From assembly GCA_964601305.1 (NCBI GenBank), contig CAZRMW010000004.1:434-64433 (forward strand): a stretch of 64,000 nt of DNA. The letters run 5' to 3'. Below the pieces are notes generated by a model. It was not told where the DNA came from. It did not search any database and worked only from the letters and a program-made list of their open reading frames with translations. This document shows, piece after piece, positions 19,723 to 30,191 of this stretch; position 1 is the stretch's first letter, and each line of letters starts with the position of its first letter. The position numbers and the translations under genes were made by a program. Source of the DNA: an uncultured Candidatus Saccharibacteria bacterium (GTDB taxonomy: Bacteria > Patescibacteriota > Minisyncoccia > JAHISW01 > Tagabacteraceae).

Positions 19723-19947
19723 CATAAAAACACCCTGACATACTTCCGCCAGAGGCGGACAGGTGAGAATGTTGGGGTTTTTATTTTACTCCCTAAGCAA
19801 TGCTATCACCCCAAATGTGTGGTGTTTTTCTATTCTTTCTAAAATTAACGATCGTGAGAAATGGGTAGGATAGAATAATTCCTTGATTTATACTGTATTT
19901 CTGATACTATGAAATTATGAGTTTTATAAATTCTAAATTTTATAAAA

Positions 19948-20229
19948 ATGACAAGAATACTAGAAAAAAATAAAATAATAGCCACAAGAGTAAAAAGAAA
20001 TTATCAAATAACTATTCCGCAAAATTTGCGTAAAAAATTTGATGTGGATATTGGTGATTATGTAGAGGTAGATATAAAGCCTGTTAAACTTATTTCTGCT
20101 GATCAAGAGTATTTTCATACAAAAGAATGGCAAAAAGGCGAAGCAGGAGCTGATAAAGATATTGCAGAAGGAAGAGTTGCTGGTCCGTTTAATAGTGTTA
20201 AAGATTTAGTTAAGGAATTGAAAAATTAA
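19948..20229 (+). CDS. AbrB/MazE-family antitoxin
   Basis: QITIP..LRKKF....GD.VE; DQ.YF.T.EWQ.GE..AD.DI..GRV. Confidence 0.85.
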   Translation: MTRILEKNKIIATRVKRNYQITIPQNLRKKFDVDIGDYVEVDIKPVKLISADQEYFHTKEWQKGEAGADKDIAEGRVAGPFNSVKDLVKELKN

Positions 20230-20235
20230 AACTGT

Positions 20236-20493
20236 ATGAAATTTTATCGTACAGAAAAATTCAAAAAAGACTATAAAAAATTGCCTACTAAAACTAAAAA
20301 ATTAGCTGAAAAACAATTGGTGTTTTTATTGTCCAATCCTAAGCACCCCTCTTTAAATATTAAAAAAATGCAGGACAAAAGGAACATCTGGGAGATTAGA
20401 ATAACAGATTCATATAGGCTGACTTTTCAAATATCAAAAGAAGGCTACTTATTGCGTAAAATAGGAACACATAAAATTTTAAAAAATCCATAA
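20236..20493 (+). CDS. RelE/ParE-family toxin
   Basis: F.KDYKKLP, NP.HPSL, WEIRI...YRLTF, IG.H.IL. Confidence 0.85.
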   Translation: MKFYRTEKFKKDYKKLPTKTKKLAEKQLVFLLSNPKHPSLNIKKMQDKRNIWEIRITDSYRLTFQISKEGYLLRKIGTHKILKNP

Positions 20494-20495
20494 TT

Positions 20496-20891
20496 ATGAA
20501 CTACATATATTTAATTATTGCTGGGGTGTTGGGATATCTTTTGGGTAAAAAAACAAATCAACCTCACTATTTTAAAACAAAATCAAAAAGTGAGCTTAGA
20601 GAAATTAGGAAAAGTGCTATAGAGGCGCTAGATAAAAGAACAGAAGAAAGAAAAGAAAAGATTTTGGAGTTTATGCGAGGCGAAGCCGAGCACGGAGAAA
20701 AACTCAAAGCATGTAACTTAGATCAGGGTTCGTCGCAGGTTACTCGTGGTGACATTGAGAAGCTTTTGGATGTTTCTGATGTTACGGCTAATAAATATCT
20801 AAACGAATTAGAGTCTGAGAACAAAATTAAACAAGTTGGAAATACCGGCAAAAACGTTTATTATATCTTAATTACACAAGAACCCATATAG
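20496..20891 (+). CDS. Membrane-anchored winged-helix protein
   Basis: N-terminal TM; T..DIE.LLDVS..TA.KYL.ELE....I...G. Confidence 0.7.
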   Translation: MNYIYLIIAGVLGYLLGKKTNQPHYFKTKSKSELREIRKSAIEALDKRTEERKEKILEFMRGEAEHGEKLKACNLDQGSSQVTRGDIEKLLDVSDVTANKYLNELESENKIKQVGNTGKNVYYILITQEPI

Positions 20892-20904
20892 GTTTTTGTG
20901 TAAT
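20871..20904. repeat. Palindromic repeat, copy 1 (copy 2 at 21604-21634)
   Basis: acacaagaacc-Yatata-ggtttttgtgtaat in both places. Confidence 0.8.
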
Positions 20905-21035
20905 GTGTGTGAAGCTAAGCTTCCAACATATTGTTTTGGTATTGATTTAGGCCATTTTGTTTGACAAAATTAAGGATACCTGCTTAAATGAGTCAAAATA
21001 CAAAAACAGGTCTTTGAAAAGAAAAGGAGGGGTAT

Positions 21036-21554
21036 ATGGAAAACTTAAAACCTTTGTTTGAAAGTTTTTTAAATTTAGATATTAAAGAGAGTATTAATTT
21101 GGAAGAAGTTTCCAACATAGACAAACTTATATCCTATTGGAAAAACACTTCTTCAGATTCAAAGCCAGAAGAACTCATCGAAGCTAGAATGGTTGTGGTT
21201 TTGGAAGAAGTTTCCAACATAGACAAACTTATATCCTACTGGGAAAACACTTCTTCAGATTCAAAACCAAAAGAACTCATCGAAGCTAGAATGGTTGTGG
21301 TTTTGGAAGAACAGCTTCCAAACATTTCCGACATAGACAAACTTATATCCTACTGGGAAAACACTTCTTCGGACTCAAAGCCAAGAAAACTCATCGAAGC
21401 TAGAATGGTTGTGGTTTTGGAAGAAGTTTCCGAAAAGAATATTGAAGATATTCCCGACTGGTTTATTGGTTTATTAAAAAACGAGGTTAAAATACCCAAT
21501 TTTTTGAAAGAAAAATTTAAAGAGAAGGCAAAGAGTATTTATCGAAATTTTTAA
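21036..21554 (+). CDS. Hypothetical protein with three ~34-aa tandem repeats
   Basis: LEEVSNIDKLISYW.NTSSDSKP..LIEARMVVV x3; strong SD. Confidence 0.75.
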   Translation: MENLKPLFESFLNLDIKESINLEEVSNIDKLISYWKNTSSDSKPEELIEARMVVVLEEVSNIDKLISYWENTSSDSKPKELIEARMVVVLEEQLPNISDIDKLISYWENTSSDSKPRKLIEARMVVVLEEVSEKNIEDIPDWFIGLLKNEVKIPNFLKEKFKEKAKSIYRNF

Positions 21555-21953
21555 AATTTAATATTCAAAGGCAGATCAGAAATGGTCTGCTTTTTGTATT
21601 AACACACAAGAACCTATATAGGTTTTTGTGTAATTGAGAGTTGCTACACAAGGTGTTGACACTATTTTACGGGGGTGCTAAGGTACTTATCAACAGTTTT
21701 GCTGTTTGCAAAACTTATTTTTAAAGGTAATATCAAATTTAAGGTGTTTACTACGCCAATATTTCAGTAATAATAAATTAAATAAATAAGAAACCCGTTT
21801 TTAAAAAGACAGGAGGGGCTGTTTTTGGTAGATTGCGCTTTAACTCACCAGTTTCTTATTTTCAATTATTGCTACATTAATTGTTTATACAAGTTACAAC
21901 AAAGCTTGTAGTAAAAAAGTTAACTCAATTTTTTAAACTTAAATAAATTTAAA

Positions 21954-24900
21954 ATGCAAAAAGCGCGAGAACAAAAATTTTTTTCAAAATATAAAGAGCT
22001 GTTAGCTGATGTACCATCTCTAACAGAAATACAGCTTCAGTCTTTTGACCAATTTAAAACAGATGGCTTGAAACAGTTGTTTAAGGAGTTTTCACCAATA
22101 AAAGACTATACAGAAAAAGAATACGATTTAGAATTTGTAAATTTTAACATTGGAGAGCCTAAGTGTGATGAGTATTATGCTAAGGCAAACAACATGTCTT
22201 ACGAAGCTCCACTTAAGGTGGATGTAAAATTGACAAATAAAGCTTTGGGAGAGACAAAAGAGCAGGAAATCTTTTTGTCTGATTTCCCTCTTATGACAGA
22301 TCATGGCACTTTTGTGATAAATGGAGTAGAGCGTGTGATAGTTTCTCAACTTGCACGCTCTTTTGGTGTGTACTTTTCCATGAATGTTTTTAGAGGAAAG
22401 AAAAATTTTGGAGCAAAAATCATTCCAAACAGAGGAGCTTGGATAGAGATTGAAACAGAGTCAGACAATGCAATATATGCAAGAATAGACAGAAAAAGGA
22501 AAATAGCTGTAAGTGCTCTTTTGAGGGCTTTTGGTTTTTCATCAGATACCCAAATTAAAACTGCCTTCAAACATATAAAGCCTGGAGATATAGATTATAT
22601 AAAAAATACTTTAGAAAAAGATGAGTCTAAAAACTCTGACGAGGCTTTTATAGAAATTTTTAAAAGAATTAGGCCAGGTGAACTGGCTACAGCAACGAAT
22701 GCTAGAGATCTTATAGAAGCTATGTTTGGTGAAGAAAGATATGATTTGTCTTTGGTGGGTAGGTACAAACTAAATCAAAGATTAGGGCTTTCTACAGATA
22801 ATGTAAAAAAAGAAAAGAAAGTAGTTACTAAAGAAGATTTGGTAGCTGTAATTGCAGAAGTGATTAGATTAAATGATGATCCAAAATCTGAACCAGACGA
22901 TATAGATCATTTGGGAAATAGGAGAATTAGGGCTATTGGAGAAATGCTTCAAGACAGGCTCCGAGTTGGTATGGCTAGAATGAAAAAAGCTATTCAAGAC
23001 AGAATGTCTACTGTGGATGCAGAGTTAGCAACTCCAAACCAACTTGTAAATGCTAGGCCGTTTTCTGCAATAGTTAAAGAATATTTTGCAACAAATCAAT
23101 TATCTCAATTTATGAGCCAAGAGAATGTTTTGGCAGAACTAGAGCACCTAAGAACACTTTCTGCACTTGGTCCAGGAGGACTTACTAGAGAAAGAGCTGG
23201 GTTTGAGGTGAGAGACGTGCACGCTTCTCATTATGGTAGAATTTGCCCTATCCATACACCTGAAGGTCCAAACATTGGTTTGGTTGTTCATCTTGCTACT
23301 TACGCCAAATTAAATGAATATGGAATTATAGAAACTCCTTATCGTAAGGTTAAAAATGGAAAAATCACCGGAGAAGTAGTGTACTTAGATGCTTTTGAAG
23401 AAACAAAATACAATATTGCGCATGCTGGTGTAGAATACGATAAAAATGGCAAATTGCTTGACGAAATGGTAGAAGCTAGAGTTGGTCAGGTGCCGGGCAT
23501 TGTTGAAAGAAAAGAGATTAATTTTATAGATGTTTCTCCGCAACAGGCTTTTAGTATTGCAACATCTCTTATTCCATTTTTGGAGCATGATGATGCAAAC
23601 AGAGCTTTGATGGGTTCAAATATGCAAAAACAGGGAGTACCTTGTTTAAACCCAGAAGCGCCGATTGTAGCAACGGGCTGGGAAGAGAGAGCAGCTCGAG
23701 ATAGTGGTCGCTTGGTTGTTGCTAAAAATCCAGGAAAAGTAAAATATGTGGACGGTAAAAAAATAATCATAAAAACTAATGCGGGAAAAAATGATGAATA
23801 TAGTCTAATTAGCTATGTGAGATCAAACGACTTTACAGCCATAGGTCAGAGACCAATAGTAGATTTGGGAGATAATGTAAAAAAAGGACAAGTTTTGGCT
23901 GATGCAAGCTCTACAGAAAATGGACAGGCTGCAGTTGGTAAAAATATTTTAGGAGCATATCTTTCTTGGAGCGGGTCTAACTTTGAGGACGCTATTATTA
24001 TTTCTGAGCGTTTAGTCAAAGACGACATTTTTACTTCTGTTCATATTGAAGAGTTTTCTGTAAAAGTTAGGGACACAAAGCTTGGCCCAGAAATTACAAC
24101 TTACGATATTCCAAATATTGGTGAAGATAAACTAAAAGACTTAGATGAAGACGGAATAATAAGAGTTGGAGCAGAAGTTAGAGCTGGCGATATTTTGGTT
24201 GGTAAAATTTCTCCAAAAGGAGAAGTAGAGCTTACACCAGAAGAAAGGCTTCTAAGAGCGATTTTTGGTGAAAAAGCAAGGGAAGTAAAAGATTCTTCTT
24301 TAAGACTAGAGCATGGTAAGCGAGGCAGAGTTACTGGAGTGAAGGTTTTTTCAAGAGACAAAGGAGATAAACTAGAAACAGGAGTTATAAAAGAAATTAA
24401 AATAGAGTTGGCACAACTTAGAAAAATTTCAGTGGGAGACAAATTAGCAGGTCGCCACGGAAACAAGGGTGTTATCTCTAAGATTTTGCCAGCAGAAGAT
24501 ATGCCATACCTTGAAGATGGTAGACCGCTCGATATTATTTTAAATCCACTCGGTATCGCAGGAAGGATGAATTTAGGGCAAGTGCTAGAATGTCATTTGG
24601 GTTGGGCAGCAGAAAGGTTAGGCTACCAGGCTATTACTCCGCCATTTAGAGGAGTAACAGAAGAAGAAATAAGTGATGAATTAGAGGCCGCGGGTCTTCC
24701 AAGAGAAGGAAAGGTAAAACTTTACGACGGCAGAACCGGAGAAAGTTTTGAGCAAGATGTGGCAGTGGGGCAAGTATATATGCTTAAACTTATACACATG
24801 GTGGAAGATAAAATGCACATGCGTTCTATTGGTCCTTACTCTCTTATTACTCAACAGCCACTTGGAGGTAAAGCGCAAGGAGGTGGTCAGAGATTTGGAG

Positions 24901-25127
24901 AAATGGAAGTCTGGGCTCTAGAAGGATACGGAGTGTCTCATGTACTTCAAGAAGTTTTAACTGTAAAATCAGACGATGTTTTGGGGCGAACTGCGGTTTT
25001 TGACGCTATAGTGAAAGGGGAAAATTTTAGGAGTCCAAATATTCCAGCATCTTTTCATGTGCTAGTAAACGAGCTTAAAGGCTTGGCATTAAATGTAATA
25101 TTAAAAAAAGAAGACGATGAACACTAA
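21954..25127 (+). CDS. rpoB: RNA polymerase beta subunit
   Basis: GTFVINGVERV, HYGRICPIHTPEGPNIG, GDKLAGRHGNKG, GQRFGEME. Confidence 0.99.
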   Translation: MQKAREQKFFSKYKELLADVPSLTEIQLQSFDQFKTDGLKQLFKEFSPIKDYTEKEYDLEFVNFNIGEPKCDEYYAKANNMSYEAPLKVDVKLTNKALGETKEQEIFLSDFPLMTDHGTFVINGVERVIVSQLARSFGVYFSMNVFRGKKNFGAKIIPNRGAWIEIETESDNAIYARIDRKRKIAVSALLRAFGFSSDTQIKTAFKHIKPGDIDYIKNTLEKDESKNSDEAFIEIFKRIRPGELATATNARDLIEAMFGEERYDLSLVGRYKLNQRLGLSTDNVKKEKKVVTKEDLVAVIAEVIRLNDDPKSEPDDIDHLGNRRIRAIGEMLQDRLRVGMARMKKAIQDRMSTVDAELATPNQLVNARPFSAIVKEYFATNQLSQFMSQENVLAELEHLRTLSALGPGGLTRERAGFEVRDVHASHYGRICPIHTPEGPNIGLVVHLATYAKLNEYGIIETPYRKVKNGKITGEVVYLDAFEETKYNIAHAGVEYDKNGKLLDEMVEARVGQVPGIVERKEINFIDVSPQQAFSIATSLIPFLEHDDANRALMGSNMQKQGVPCLNPEAPIVATGWEERAARDSGRLVVAKNPGKVKYVDGKKIIIKTNAGKNDEYSLISYVRSNDFTAIGQRPIVDLGDNVKKGQVLADASSTENGQAAVGKNILGAYLSWSGSNFEDAIIISERLVKDDIFTSVHIEEFSVKVRDTKLGPEITTYDIPNIGEDKLKDLDEDGIIRVGAEVRAGDILVGKISPKGEVELTPEERLLRAIFGEKAREVKDSSLRLEHGKRGRVTGVKVFSRDKGDKLETGVIKEIKIELAQLRKISVGDKLAGRHGNKGVISKILPAEDMPYLEDGRPLDIILNPLGIAGRMNLGQVLECHLGWAAERLGYQAITPPFRGVTEEEISDELEAAGLPREGKVKLYDGRTGESFEQDVAVGQVYMLKLIHMVEDKMHMRSIGPYSLITQQPLGGKAQGGGQRFGEMEVWALEGYGVSHVLQEVLTVKSDDVLGRTAVFDAIVKGENFRSPNIPASFHVLVNELKGLALNVILKKEDDEH

Positions 25128-28100
25128 AACAACAGATTTTGATTCAATAGTTTTAAAACTTGCTTCTCCGGAAGATGTTTTAGGGTGGTCGCATGGCGAG
25201 GTTACAAAAGCAGAAACTATTAATTATAGAACTCAGCGCGCAGAGCGCGAAGGTCTTTTTGATGAAAGAATTTTTGGCCCAGAAAAAGACTACGAATGTT
25301 ATTGTGGTAAATATCGGAGAATTAGATACAAAGGAATTGTTTGTGAAAAATGTGGAGTGGAAGTAACCAGATCTATTGTAAGAAGAGAAAGAATGGGGCA
25401 CATAGCTCTTGCCGCACCCGTGGCACACATTTGGTTCTTGAGGGGTATACCTTCAAGAATTGGCCTGCTTTTCGATATTTCTATAGCTAACCTTGAAAAA
25501 GTAATTTATTTTGCAGGATATATTGTTACCAAAGTAAACGATGATGAAAGGCAAGAAATATCTGCTCAAATTAAAAAAGAATATAAAGTAAAATCTAAAA
25601 CATTAACAGATGCGAAAGATAAGGTAAATCTAAAAAGTGCTTTGTCTACAGCAGAAAAAGAGCTTACAAGTATTTCTAAGCATAAAGTTTTAGATGAAAT
25701 AGAGTACAGAAAACTTAGTCTAAAATATGGAGAGCTTTTTGAAGCAAAGTCTGGAGCCGAAGCACTTCACGAAATTTGTAAAGATTTAGATTTAGAAAAA
25801 CTATTTCAAAGATTAGAAAAAGAATACGAAACAGCTTCGACACAAAACAAGAAAAAATTACTAAAAAGAATTTCTTTTGTAAGACTTATGAAAAAATCTG
25901 GTATAAGACCAGAGTGGATGTTTATGACTGTAATTCCTGTGATACCTCCAGCTCTAAGACCCATGGTTCAATTAGATGGAGGAAGGCACGCCACCTCAGA
26001 TGTAAACGATCTTTATAGAAGAGTTTTAAATAGAAACAACAGGCTTAAAAAACTTTTAGATTTAAATGCACCAGATGTAATTGTAAAAAACGAAAAAAGA
26101 ATGCTTCAAGAATCTGTGGATGCGCTTATAGACAACTCTATCAGAAGAAGTCAGGGAGCAGTTGTTAGCCAGTGGCAAAAGAGGCCACTAAAATCTTTGG
26201 CAGATTCTTTGCGAGGAAAACAGGGAAGATTTAGACAAAATCTTCTTGGAAAAAGAGTAGACTATTCTGGGCGTTCAGTTATTGTTGTTGGACCAAATCT
26301 AAAACTAGACCAGTGTGGATTGCCTAAACATATGGCACTAGAGCTTTTCAGACCTTTTGTTATTTCTCAGCTTATAAAAAGAGAATTTGCATATAACATT
26401 CGAGGCGCAAATAAACTTATAGATGAAAAAACAGACGATGTTTGGGAAATTTTAGAGCAAGTAATAGAAGACAAACATGTATTATTAAACCGTGCGCCAA
26501 CTTTGCACAGGCTTGGTATTCAGGCTTTTAGGCCAATTCTTATAGACGGCAAAGCTATTCAAGTTCACCCTCTTGTTTGTAGTGCGTTTAATGCCGACTT
26601 CGATGGAGACCAAATGGCTGTACATGTGCCACTAAGTAAAGAAGCACAAGAAGAGGCAAAAGAAATAATGGCTTCTGTAAAAAATCTTCTTCTTCCTAGA
26701 ACGGGTGCTCCAGTGGTAAATCCTTCTCAAGATATTGTTTTGGGATGTTATTTTATGACTCGTATTAAAAAGGGAGCTATTGGTGAAGGACAGTATTTTT
26801 CTGGCCCAAACGAGGCTATTACTTCTTACGATTTTGGCTTTACCGATCTACAAGCTTTAGTGAAAGTTAAAATAGGTAGTTCTAAAAAATATGCGCATCT
26901 TCTTAAAGAAGGTATTATAGAAACTACAGTTGGTAGACTACTTTTCAATAGTGTTTTACCTTCAGAATTTGATTTTATAAACGAGGAGTTTACAAAGAAA
27001 AAATTAGCAAAAACTATTCAAGATTTAATCGCAGAGTTTGGGGTAGATGCCGTGCCTGGTGTTTTAGATAAAATAAAAACTTTTGGATATGAATATGCTA
27101 CAAGGTCTGGCGTTTCTTGGGGAATGAAAGATATTGTGGAGCCTGAACAAAAAGAAAAAATTCTAAAAGAAGCAGAGGTAAAAGATCAAGAAAATTATGA
27201 TCAGTACAACGAAGGTCTTCTGTCTGAAGACGAACGTTATCAAAAATCATTAACTATTTGGCAAGATGCGCAGGGAAGAGTAAACGATTTAGTGCCAAAA
27301 TCTTTAAATGAATTTGGTCCAGTTAATAGTATGGTGTCTTGTGCAGCTAGGGGATCTTGGGGGCAAATTAGCCAGATGGCAGGAATGAAAGGATTAGTGA
27401 TGAATCCATCTGGGAAAATTATAGACTTCCCTATTCGCTCATCTTACAAAGAGGGACTAAATGTTTTAGAATATTTCATTTCTACTCACGGTGCTAGAAA
27501 AGGTACTGCTGACACAGCTCTTAAAACAGCTAAGGCAGGATATCTTACAAGGCGTCTTGTGGATGTGTCGCAAGATATAGTGGTTAGTGAAGAAAATTGT
27601 GGAACTAAAAAAGGTATCTTTTTAGAAAGACCGAAAGATGAAGCTTTTGGAGGAAGTTTTTCTTCAAGACTAAAAGGCAGGACTTTGCTTAAAGAAGTTG
27701 TTGTAGACAAAGAAAAACTAAAAGCTGGCCATTTGATTGCATTTAAAGATGCTGAAAATATAGAAAATTCTGATGTCAGTGGTGTTTGGGTAAGGTCTCC
27801 GCTCACTTGCGAATCTGGTTGGGGAGTATGTCAAAAGTGCTATGGATACGATCTTGGGTTTAATAAATTAGTAAAGCTTGGTGAAGCAGTTGGTATTGTG
27901 GCAGCTCAGGCTATTGGAGAGCCTGGTACACAGCTTACTATGAGAACTTTCCATGTTGGTGGTGTAGCCACAAAAAGTGGTGATATTACCTTAGGCCTTC
28001 CTAGGGTGGAAGAGCTTTTTGAAACAAGGACGCCCTCAAATGCTGCTCTTATAGCAGAGTTTGATGGTTCGGTTGTAGATATAAAAGAATCTGAAGAAGG

Positions 28101-28824
28101 AGGAAGAGAAAAAACAGTTACTATTTTACCAACTTCTGAAGATGTAAAAAAAGCCAACCTTGCAGCAAGGAGAACAAAAACAACCAAAAAAGATAAAAAA
28201 CCAACAGAATCTAAAGATTACACTGTGGTTTTTGGAAAGAGAGTTTTAGTTGAAAAAGGCAAAGATATAAAAGCAGGGGATCCACTAACAGATGGCCCAA
28301 TCGATGTAAAAGAATTGTTTAAAGTTGCCGGTGTTGAACCTGCTCAAAATTATATTCTAAAAGAGGTTGGAAGAGTTTATGATATACAAGGAGTGTCTAT
28401 AAATAGAAAGCATTTAGAAGTTGTTGTGCGTCAAATGTTTTCTCGAGTAAAAATAAAATCTTCTGGAGATACAAACTTAGATAAAGGGAAAATTATAGAA
28501 AAAACATTGTTTTTAGAAGAAAACAAAAAAGCAAAAGAAGCTGGCGGTGAAGAAGCTGTTGGTAAACAACTTTTAATGGGAATGACTAAGGTTTCTTTAA
28601 GCACTGTTAGTTTCCTTTCTTCAGCTTCTTTCCAAGATACTTCGAGAGTTCTTATTTCTACAGCAACAGAAGGTGGAGAAGACAAGCTAAGAGGATTAAA
28701 AGAAAATGTTATTATTGGGCGATTGATACCAGCAGGAACAGGTTTTAGGAGAGACTTAAAAAGTCAAAACAAAGAAGAAGAGGTAGAAAACGAAGATAAA
28801 GTTGAAGAAGAAGTAGAAGAGTAA
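25117..28824 (+). CDS. rpoC: RNA polymerase beta' subunit
   Basis: Zn finger, GKRVDYSGR, NADFDGD, GEPGTQLTMRTFH. Confidence 0.99.
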   Translation: MNTKTTDFDSIVLKLASPEDVLGWSHGEVTKAETINYRTQRAEREGLFDERIFGPEKDYECYCGKYRRIRYKGIVCEKCGVEVTRSIVRRERMGHIALAAPVAHIWFLRGIPSRIGLLFDISIANLEKVIYFAGYIVTKVNDDERQEISAQIKKEYKVKSKTLTDAKDKVNLKSALSTAEKELTSISKHKVLDEIEYRKLSLKYGELFEAKSGAEALHEICKDLDLEKLFQRLEKEYETASTQNKKKLLKRISFVRLMKKSGIRPEWMFMTVIPVIPPALRPMVQLDGGRHATSDVNDLYRRVLNRNNRLKKLLDLNAPDVIVKNEKRMLQESVDALIDNSIRRSQGAVVSQWQKRPLKSLADSLRGKQGRFRQNLLGKRVDYSGRSVIVVGPNLKLDQCGLPKHMALELFRPFVISQLIKREFAYNIRGANKLIDEKTDDVWEILEQVIEDKHVLLNRAPTLHRLGIQAFRPILIDGKAIQVHPLVCSAFNADFDGDQMAVHVPLSKEAQEEAKEIMASVKNLLLPRTGAPVVNPSQDIVLGCYFMTRIKKGAIGEGQYFSGPNEAITSYDFGFTDLQALVKVKIGSSKKYAHLLKEGIIETTVGRLLFNSVLPSEFDFINEEFTKKKLAKTIQDLIAEFGVDAVPGVLDKIKTFGYEYATRSGVSWGMKDIVEPEQKEKILKEAEVKDQENYDQYNEGLLSEDERYQKSLTIWQDAQGRVNDLVPKSLNEFGPVNSMVSCAARGSWGQISQMAGMKGLVMNPSGKIIDFPIRSSYKEGLNVLEYFISTHGARKGTADTALKTAKAGYLTRRLVDVSQDIVVSEENCGTKKGIFLERPKDEAFGGSFSSRLKGRTLLKEVVVDKEKLKAGHLIAFKDAENIENSDVSGVWVRSPLTCESGWGVCQKCYGYDLGFNKLVKLGEAVGIVAAQAIGEPGTQLTMRTFHVGGVATKSGDITLGLPRVEELFETRTPSNAALIAEFDGSVVDIKESEEGGREKTVTILPTSEDVKKANLAARRTKTTKKDKKPTESKDYTVVFGKRVLVEKGKDIKAGDPLTDGPIDVKELFKVAGVEPAQNYILKEVGRVYDIQGVSINRKHLEVVVRQMFSRVKIKSSGDTNLDKGKIIEKTLFLEENKKAKEAGGEEAVGKQLLMGMTKVSLSTVSFLSSASFQDTSRVLISTATEGGEDKLRGLKENVIIGRLIPAGTGFRRDLKSQNKEEEVENEDKVEEEVEE

Positions 28825-28923
28825 TATTTATGTAAAAACTGATAAACACAAAAATTTCTGGCTTTTGCTGGAAATTTTTGTATTATGAAAGGAAAGATAT
28901 TTGAAAACTAGGAGGAAATTATC

Positions 28924-29760
28924 ATGAAATTTTTTATAGCTTTTATAATCATATTTCTTTTTTCCTTTAATGTTCAAGCGTCAGAAAGCGAACTAAATAT
29001 ATCAAGATCTTTTTTGGGTGCATATAAGAAAACAGTGCGTTTTGAAGAAGATATTAAAAAACACAGAAGAAAGTACGACATAAACAGAGAGCTGGCTTTT
29101 GCTATTGCCATGTTTGAGACAGGTGGGAATGAAGAACTTGTCTCTTCAATGGGTGCACAAAAACTTTTTCAGGTAATGCCCGCAACTTTTAGGGCAATGA
29201 ATGTTCCAAGCAACATTGAGGCTGGAATAAAATATTTAAAAATATTAAGCAAGATTTTTAAAAAAAGAGACGATATAATTATGGCTTACAATGGTGGACC
29301 GAGCAGAGTAAAAAGAAGAAAACCAAAAACAGAAACACAACAGTATCTTTTGGGCGTTAATGCTTATCTTGATTTGTTAGAAAACAAAAAATCAAGAATA
29401 AAAAAAATTATACAGGGCTTAAAAATTATAAAACTTGAAAAGGATTATGCTTGGGAAGATTTATCTAAAAAATTGCAGGTTTCTATTGTTGAACTTCGTT
29501 TATATAATCCCTTTATCGCGTACAGAAGCAAAAAAATAATAAAAAGTGGTGGGATTATTGTTTATCCTAAAATTTCACAAAAAGTTGTTAGCGACGATGG
29601 TTATTATACGGTGAGGCAAGGAGATATTCTGCATCACTTAGCAAATGCTTTTGGTTTTAGTTATGATGAAATGAGAGAAAGAACCAACACTGCTATGGTA
29701 GAGTCAATAAAACCAGGTACAAAGATAGATGTTTCTGATTCTCATTTCATACAAAAATAA
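28924..29760 (+). CDS. SLT lytic transglycosylase with LysM-like domains
   Basis: Signal peptide, FETG, LFQVMP, AYNGG, YTVRQGD.L. Confidence 0.8.
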   Translation: MKFFIAFIIIFLFSFNVQASESELNISRSFLGAYKKTVRFEEDIKKHRRKYDINRELAFAIAMFETGGNEELVSSMGAQKLFQVMPATFRAMNVPSNIEAGIKYLKILSKIFKKRDDIIMAYNGGPSRVKRRKPKTETQQYLLGVNAYLDLLENKKSRIKKIIQGLKIIKLEKDYAWEDLSKKLQVSIVELRLYNPFIAYRSKKIIKSGGIIVYPKISQKVVSDDGYYTVRQGDILHHLANAFGFSYDEMRERTNTAMVESIKPGTKIDVSDSHFIQK

Positions 29761-29795
29761 AAAACCCTGTTCCAGGCTAGGAATGGGGTTTTGTG

Positions 29796-30191
29796 TTACA
29801 TTTTTTGAAGTACCTTAATTTTATAATAACTACAAGCATAGCTCACAATGTCTAGCGCCATTTGTCGCGTCAGTGTTTTGTTGGCCATGGCGTATTTTAT
29901 TTCTGAAAGAGTTGAGTCTATACTTGTCTTTTTAAAAACAGTCTTTGGGTCTCCCATTTTTGCTATAAAAATTTCTGTTGGCTTAATTTCAAATTTTGAT
30001 ATTAAAAGACCTGTTAGTTTTATAATATCTTTTTTTTCAAAGACCCTATATTTTATTTTGTTGTTTAGTTGAATAACCATTGTAGTGCAGTATTTGTTGT
30101 CAAAATTTGCTGCAGGAATAAAATTTTTTCTTCTTTCTTTTTTCTCTCTTTCTTTTTGTAGGTCTTCAAATTTTATTATATTATTTGCCAT
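29796..30191 (-). CDS. Hypothetical protein
   Basis: ATG at 30191 overlaps the upstream stop (TAATG) and follows an AAGGTG SD. Confidence 0.55.
   Translation of the reverse strand: MANNIIKFEDLQKEREKKERRKNFIPAANFDNKYCTTMVIQLNNKIKYRVFEKKDIIKLTGLLISKFEIKPTEIFIAKMGDPKTVFKKTSIDSTLSEIKYAMANKTLTRQMALDIVSYACSYYKIKVLQKM

Noticed and set aside
21099-21431. Regular ~102-bp repeats as a CRISPR array
   Set aside because: Units are contiguous with no unique spacers, lie in frame in an ORF, and no cas genes are present.
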